DNA of 62,748 nt, filler included, from Choristocarpus tenellus KU-1152 (lineage: Eukaryota; Protista; Phaeophyceae), in the NCBI GenBank assembly GCA_964200185.2. It is 7 parts of 7 records of this genome, joined end to end, with 100 filler letters (N's around TTAATTAATTAA, not from the genome) between each part and the next. Parts side by side here need not be neighbours in the genome. Positions count along the whole stretch, not along the records: positions 51,579 to 59,537 come from CAXNAD020005340.1; positions 59,638 to 62,748 come from CAXNAD020022257.1; 5 more parts are not named here. One strand, given 5' to 3'. A program made the translations under genes and the position numbers. This document shows positions 55,801 to 62,748 of this stretch, piece after piece. Numbering within the stretch: position 1 is the first letter of the stretch; every line of letters starts with the position of its first letter. Below the pieces are notes generated by a model that saw only the letters and a program-made list of their open reading frames with translations, had not been told where the DNA came from and did not search any database.

Positions 55801-56536
55801 GTGCTGCCAAGAACTGCCGTCCAATGATACAGTTCTCACTCATGCTCCCGTCTTTAGGCATATAAAATATGTTCAATGCATTTAGAGTCAGAGAGGTTGA
55901 TGTATTCATAGAGAAACGGTTAAATTGTGTTATCTGTATCGTGTTAAAGGGTTCTACCACGTGAACAATGTACTGCAGTGATTGACGTTCTCCTCGTCTG
56001 ATGCATAGAAGAGTGAGCTGGATGTGTCCTCTGATTACAGTATATCTGCTTCGTTTTATTCCTTTTCAGAACTTATTGACCTTGACTGCTACCCAGAGGT
56101 TATCTCCAAACCACGGTAGTTACACTCAAGCTTGTAGTGCTAGGTACCACAACACAAAAGGCTCAAATTATCTGGGGGGGGGTTGGCGGCTGTCCATATG
56201 GGGTCCATTTTTTTACGTCGCGATTGTTGTGTGATTTGGTTGTACACATCAGATGGATAATGCAAGTGCGCTTTTCCTGGTTATGTCCCAAATGGACACC
56301 CTGGTGTAGACCCCTCCCCCCCAGATACTTTGGGTCAGAAATGTGCAATGCAAAGTGCAGAACGAGAAACGTCAATGATACCCCCTCCTACTTCATGGCG
56401 CCCCTTCCTCCTCAGGTACACAGTTATGAAGGAAGGTGAATCTTTGCTGCGGGAGTGGTACTACCCACACAACAAACGCCTGTTTGACCTTCTCGGACGT
56501 GACCTTGGTTGGAATGATGCATTTACAGGGACATAG
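52892..56536 (+). CDS. Sulfotransferase, heparan-sulfate 3-O/N-sulfotransferase-like domain, four 3' exons
   Basis: Exons 52892-53015, 54746-54904, 55282-55436 and 56416-56536 give (R)YFSHLRM...NPLLRGLYADQLERWFKVFDDSQ/ILVVSSEEMY...LDEVAAFAGL...LLREWYYPHNKRLFDLLGRDLGWN. This matches the HS3ST/NDST C-terminal pattern (GLY..QL.RW...F...QIL; Y.PHN..L..LLG.DFGW). The donor after 54904 is non-canonical (GA). The 5' exons were not found. Confidence 0.8.
56160..56336 (+). mobile_element. MITE family B in the last intron of the sulfotransferase gene
   Basis: GGCTCAAATTATCTGGGGGG...CCCCAGATACTTTGGGTC; flanks AAAA/AGAA. Confidence 0.88.
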
Positions 56537-57371
56537 TAGCCTGTGAAGTTTGATATGCTTGATGATTGAAGGCAGAGTGATTCCCAGTTCTCTGAGGCCA
56601 GAAAGTGGCTCATCAAGGGTGGAGTGCTAAAGATTTGGAGGGGGAGGGGGAAAGAGAGATTTTGAAGGCAGACCTCAGTCAAAATTTAGTAAACAGCTAG
56701 TTGAAGCCCCCCCAATTGTTGTCCCATATATGTTGTAGAGGTGCAGAGCTCTACTTGATACGCATTTGTAGGTATTCAGATCGAAGAGCCATAGGTGATT
56801 TGTAAGGGTCAGTGGGCAATATGACTAGAAAACACTTGTTGGAGGATTTTCCTCTTCACCCTCTAATTTACCAGCACAGATATTGTGACTTGAAAGACAC
56901 AAGACATCCCCTACAGTGTGCCCCTACTGTGGGATAGATTTTGATGTAATGTCAAGGATACTGTATGCGTTGCACCTACCCAACATAGTCAGTGGCGTTG
57001 TTCTATGCAAGGACTACTAATTTTGTCTTGTTGTGGTCTATGACACAGAAGGAGGAAGAACGCTATAAGTCTGTGTAAGAACCAAATGGGTTGTGCAAAT
57101 TTACCCACGGGGTTAAAGTCCTATGGCTGTGATGCATGTTCTCTCTACATTTGTACTACTACTCTAAATTGCACAGGGTTTGCTAAAAGCAATTTGCTCT
57201 CAAAACCATGGCAATGTTTGTATATTGTGTATTTGTTGTGGAACTACCAAGCATCCGCATCTTGACAACAAATTGCAGTTTTTCATAGTTTTTTACAGTG
57301 TTGAAATTGATGATATACCAAATAGCATTTCTATTCATGCCCCCTCAGACATACACCACACTCCTGATCTG

Positions 57372-57484
57372 TTCCACTCAATCCCCCCAATATCTCCACA
57401 CTTCTCCAATTGATATTGTGCCAAGATTATTCCACTCAATCCCCCCAATATCTCTACACTTCTCCAATTGATATTGTGCCAAGA
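57372..57484. repeat. 58-bp near-perfect tandem duplication
   Basis: TTCCACTCAATCCCCCCAATATCTC(C/T)ACACTTCTCCAATTGATATTGTGCCAAGA at 57372 and 57430. Confidence 0.92.
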
Positions 57485-58104
57485 ATGGAACACATAGTAG
57501 TCGGACCATGATGCACCAGCTACGAGTCTGTGAGTTCTTGAATCTGTCTGCTCCGCAAGTAATGAGGATTGATTCACTTTGTTACCAGGTAGTAGTAGTC
57601 CGCTCTGTGGGGTGTCGTATAGCTTTTCCCGTTTTTTTGCTACCTGGGTGCTGTGCAACCTTGGTACTAGAGAGTGTGGGTGGGAAGACATATGTACATC
57701 TGTGGAAGGACCAGGACTATTATACTCCTGCTGTATCCATATTGCTGATATAAACACAATTACATGGGTCTCCCATCTTGTTAGCAGACAATTCCAATCA
57801 ATCCCATCTCCATACTGACCTTTCAAGACTTTTTCATCCGTTTGTGTTACGCACCTGTTGGTATCCAAGGAATGGAAGCCCTGAGATCACTAGAACATAT
57901 CATGATTGAATCATACCGAGTTTGATGGTGAATTGAAGGTGGAAATTCTTTGCATATAGGAGGAGATATTTATATGCTCACGGGGGGTATGACTTGCACT
58001 CTCTGCCCTCGGCTTTGTGAATGAGGCAGATACATTACATACTATAATATTATTCTTAGATGCCAAATCAATCCTTATATGAAAAAAGCTTGCCCATTCT
58101 TTCT

Positions 58105-58152
58105 TACGGTCAAAAACGGACGCCGACACCCCCCCCCCAGATACTTTGACCC
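58105..58152. mobile_element. MITE family B terminal fragment
   Basis: ...CGGACGCCGACACCCCCCCCCCAGATACTTTGACCC. Confidence 0.65.
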
Positions 58153-58203
58153 TTACCCTAAATCTAACATTACTATCCCTTCCCCAAAGAACAGGAATAA
58201 TCC

Positions 58204-58459
58204 GAGCCAAGGCATTTAAGAGGGTAGGAGTTTTGCCATGTTTGTCCGTTCGGGGCTTGGCTTCCCATTGAATTTGAGCCCTTTTCCGGTTTTCTGTGTG
58301 AACAAAGTTACCTAAAATGTATACGACTATGAAAGGTGTATTTGGAGCAAGGATATTGACACTTGCTAACAAACACGATAGACAAAACTCATCAAAATCA
58401 CAACATTGGATTTATGACCCCGAACGGACGCGGTCCTACCCTCTTTAATGATTTGATTC
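58204..58459 (+). mobile_element. MITE family A, diverged copy with 4-bp TSD ATCC
   Basis: ATCC|GAGCCAAGGCATTTAAGAGGGTAGG...CCTACCCTCTTTAATGATTTGATTC|ATCC. Confidence 0.85.
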
Positions 58460-61160
58460 ATCCGCCTGACTTATCCAAAACGTGCCCAATGGAGTGGGCA
58501 AACCTTAACCTGGTAGAATAATTCCCAAATATATAGATTGCCGGGAGTATAGATGAACCAACAAGCCGATTTGCAGGACAATTTGTATATGGCTGAGGGC
58601 CTTGCCCGGTACCAACCCCTCTGAATATATCTATACATGGGGAAACTCATGACTCTTCCAATAAACATACACCATATGTCGGAATTTTTTATATAGCATT
58701 ATTTGTCCAACATTCCTGGCTCGGTATCTCAATATTAGTTGGCCATGGTGTGCGGTCTGTATGGGTAAAAATATGAGAGTGGGATGTTTAGGATCTTACA
58801 AGCGAGATTTTGATATCTTGATCGTGTCAGCCTTATGATTCGGTTGATCATCTCACATATCTCGTTGATTGTTCAAAAGTAGGCAGAAGGTACACATGCA
58901 CTACAGAAGGAGAGCATAAAAAAGAGAAGGATATTGATGATGAAGGGGAAGGTTGCAAAGTTCCTGCGTTTTGTGCAAGTTGACTGGATTCTTGATGTCA
59001 TGACGACACTTCAAGAGATTCATGTCGAGCAGAAGATAACCCATGAGAGGCGGTTGTACATACACACGAGGAAGGGATTCTTCGTCAGACAGGTAGAAAT
59101 ACTCTCTTTGATGAACTTTGCAGTGTTAGAAGAAAGGGGGAGGGCAAAGCAATGAGGAGCGTTGCACCTGGCAGAGGTATGGTCGTGGGAGGGGGGACGT
59201 TTGTTGGTGGGGAGAATTCAGTAGAAATAAATATCTTGCACAACCCCTGGTACAGGGACATGCTGCAGGAGTTTGGACAGAGGGAAATATGGTAGAAAAT
59301 GTGGATGCAGTAAAAGCCTCCTTGGTCTGTTTTCAGCTGTACATCCCGGAATCCTACAGGTTGTATAGCATGAACTGACAGAAATGCGTTCATAAACATG
59401 AGGTACCGTATACAAGGACTTCGAGAGGGTAGGCAGCAACGCACAGACTTTAAAGCAATGGATCGATGCCTGTGGAGGTGGGCAGTGTTCGATTAGACTC
59501 TTCCAACTCTATCGGACAGTTACGGTAAAATATGTATNNNNNNNNNNNNNNNNNNNNNNNNNNNNNNNNNNNNNNNNNNNNTTAATTAATTAANNNNNNN
59601 NNNNNNNNNNNNNNNNNNNNNNNNNNNNNNNNNNNNNCCCCCCCCCCCCTCCCTCCCTTCCGCCCCTTTTCCCCGTCCCCTCTCCTCTTTTTCCTTCTTT
59701 TCTTCCCCCCCCCCCCCCCCACACACGCACACCAGTGCAACATCAATCGCGGGTACCTCTCGAGAATTATCAGACGCCTTGCCGTTGACGGTCACAAGGA
59801 TGTGACATCACCAGTCGAATCTTAGATCTCTTTCAAACTTTCCTAAGGTTTCGTTGCTGAGAGAGCTTCGGGTTCGCTGAAAACACCCCCCCATTGCAAC
59901 AGAACTGATGAATCTGAACACCCTCCATGACATGAACCAAAAAATTATAAATGTCATAATGCCATGCGCAATTCTGCAAACACCGACCTCTTAGTTGGAT
60001 TTTTTTCTTCATGATTCAGCTCTCTGTGCCCCCCCCCCCCCTCCCTCTCCACGGGACAACTCTTTTAAGCTCCTACTTCTACCTTCTTGATGAACACAAC
60101 TGAGCACAAACCTTAACTTTCTAGAGTACATCAAGGTGGATTCTGTGAGACCGGCATTAATAGATTCAAAATATGGGATCACACGTTTCAATTCTCTTCA
60201 GGAGGTCTTGCAAAAACCCATCATGAGGATACACTCCACACCTCAAGGAAGTCTGACTTCGTGTAACTATGCTCATTCCGAAAAAATCTCAAAAAAAATC
60301 TGGTCCCATCTTGTACATTCATAGCCAGCCCCCCCCCAAACTGTTCAAATGATCCTAAAAATATGAAGTATTATTATTATTATTATTATTACTATTATTA
60401 TATTGCTTGGAAAGTGTAAGGTACAGCAGCCTACTTACCACACTCAATACACACGGCTTAAAAAAAAGGAAGGGCTAGGGCTAGGGTTAGACACTGGTGT
60501 ACTAACAAGAATAAAACAGTTGGTACATGCCAAATAGGATTAAACGTACCTCCACAGCCACAAACAAACATGCTTCATGAGGTAAACACACACACACGCA
60601 CACACACAGATGTGGTCTACCTTTGTTAACAAACCCCTTCTCTCGGATAACACTTCTGCCATGGTGCCCAAAAAACCCACTAAGAAAAAGTGGGTACTCC
60701 TTCCTCACACCACCACCCAACTCATACATACATATATAATACATGTATCTATACATACATATCTATATACATACATAATACACACATATATACACATACA
60801 CATACACATGCATGCATACGTACATACATACACTTCATGTATGGTCAGTTCCTTCAAACCCATCTCCAGAACACACCAAACACATGCCCCACACAAAACA
60901 TGTACAATGCCCAGACAAGAACAGCACTCCCCCCCCCCCAAAAAAGACTCTAACGTCAACTTCGAATACAGGTAAACACACCAAACAACACACCAAATAC
61001 AGCACAAGAACGTACATCTCAAGGAAAGCAACCTCACAACAGGGTGCTCGTGCTGGACGCCAAACGCCTTCTTTATTTGAACTCTCGGATAAACACACTC
61101 ATAGACACAATACCAAGTTTCCCGGAGTGTCTTCACAGAGTGATCAGTCGAAGGCAAAGG

Positions 61161-61259
61161 GTATCAGGGTATCACCAAGATGTATCAGGGTATCACCAAG
61201 ATGACATACGAGGCAACAGAAAACAGACAGGATGTCCATCTACTTCAATATATGCATAA

Positions 61260-61290
<31 letters not shown>

Positions 61291-61310
61291 TGTATGTATG
61301 TATGTATGTA
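61161..61310. repeat. 21-bp duplication (61161-61203) and (TATG)n microsatellite (61261-61310)
   Basis: GTATCAGGGTATCACCAAGAT twice; TATG about 12 times. Confidence 0.9.
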
Positions 61311-62748
61311 TCTATATATATATATTTACCAATCAAATAAAACCCCCACCCACCACCTCGGTTATAGAATTCAGAATTATATATTTGTTCAGTACTGTTA
61401 CTGACTGCGGGCGGAAAATTCCTCAACAGATAAATACAGAATGTCTTCCTCTTTTTTGATTGAACAGGCCACTCGAGATGTGTGTACGTCGGAGAGCGAT
61501 AGGGAAAAAAAACATTTTTTTTTTTTTTTTAATTTCCAAGTTGAAGCCTTGGCAGGCGTTCAAGCGAACGCCAATTGTACGGCCTGCGCCAAGTGTTTGC
61601 CTCTGTAATATGCACTAGATCACTTCTCGTCCCACCCGCCTCACGCACAAAAATAAACACCAGTGTTAACGACCACCTCTACCAGAGTAAGCACTCCAAT
61701 GCATGGTAGGCTTCAATTGCAGCGCTGACAATCTGATACTCTCCACAACGTGAATAACACCCCCTCCCTTTTGGCAATCATTACCGCACTTAATGTACTA
61801 CAGAGTACAATAATCTTCTCCAACCCCCTCAAGAGAGAACCTTACATGGTCCTCAACAAACCATCCTACCCCAAACGGTACCGCACTCCAACATCACATA
61901 CCAATTTGAAAACAACAGGTTCCTCCTAACCCTAACCCTAACATACAGACCCACGGTCCGGCCTAACCTCAACCTGAACCTTACTATTCCTCCCCCACTG
62001 ACAGATATACCAGATACACTCGCAACAATAACTCCCCCTTCCAAGGTGGTACACACCAAACACCAGAATATTATTATTTATATTTTTAGCATAACCGCCA
62101 TTATAGAAAAAAAATGTGCATCTATTGAACATGAAAACAAAAAAAACTCTTTTCACACCCAGGTACAATCTACCAAAAATTGCAACATTGTTGATACCAT
62201 CTAGCGCAGCTGGCAGTTCGGAAAGGTGTTTGGTCAGTAGGCACTCCGAAAACCTCTTACTTTCCTCCTTCTGGTAACAAAATCGGGATAAATAAACCAG
62301 GCCATAGGATACACCTGGCCTGTCCCTGTATATGGGGCTATCATAAAAGGGAATACACAACATATCCTACACGAACAGCCTTGAAACAAGAAGAGCCATC
62401 TGGTTTTCACCTGCCATGTCTACAGTGCATCACTCAAGTACCTACGGCACTCAACCAAAGAGCAGGGAGCTCACCACCATTCTCCATCCATCCTCTCTCA
62501 ACCCTCCTCTATACATCAACCTTCCCTTCCTGACCTACTCAATCTAACCAACCCTGAGCCTAAAAACTGACAAATGCTCATTTTTATTTATTTACCTTAA
62601 ACAACAGTCGCCACTCAATATGCAATAGGCACAACAAATCACAAACCTGTTCTGCCCCCCCCCCCGCCCCGCCCCCTGTGGCGGCCTCGAAAACTTCGAC
62701 TTGGGCACTAGGCGCCCTCCAGCCCCTTCCCCTGCACCACTGTTGCCC

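Noticed and set aside
60125-60250. Possible isolated plus-strand exon (EYIKVDSVRPALIDSKYGITRFNSLQE)
   Set aside because: Plausible acceptor but no recognisable homology, clear donor or partner exons.
60502-61459. Many overlapping ORFs rich in Y/I/H/T/C/V/M
   Set aside because: Translations of CA, TA and TATG microsatellite sequence.
61926-61941. Telomere-like CCCTAA units (also near 3505 and 60471)
   Set aside because: Only two or three degenerate interstitial units; not a telomere.

Overview
Eukaryotic, intron-rich, transposon-dense genomic DNA from a draft assembly, with six 100-nt gaps that each carry an artificial TTAATTAATTAA linker. Gene and TE peptides resemble those of stramenopiles, probably the brown-algal lineage; this is inference, not a search result. 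Reconstructed genes: a complete 9-exon CARM1/PRMT4-type arginine methyltransferase (-), the last two exons of a peroxisomal acyl-CoA oxidase (+), an intact intronless histone H2A (+), two exons of a Patched/Dispatched-like membrane protein (-) and four 3' exons of a heparan-sulfate-type sulfotransferase (+). Divergent from H2A lies an H2B locus missed by the ORF track: it encodes a 50-aa protein in which the N-terminal tail is fused in frame to the C-terminal helix and the whole histone fold is deleted. Much of the intergenic DNA is three related MITE families (about 24 loci) with G(A/G)(G/C) termini and several perfect 4-bp target-site duplications. Also present are a Tc1 derivative nested in one MITE, decayed mariner, RTE, CRE and Penelope fragments, and a ~1.8-kb diverged foldback. 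CpG is depleted outside gene 5' ends. I found no convincing new multi-gene system. The best leads are the fold-less H2B, the MITE group and the methylation footprint.
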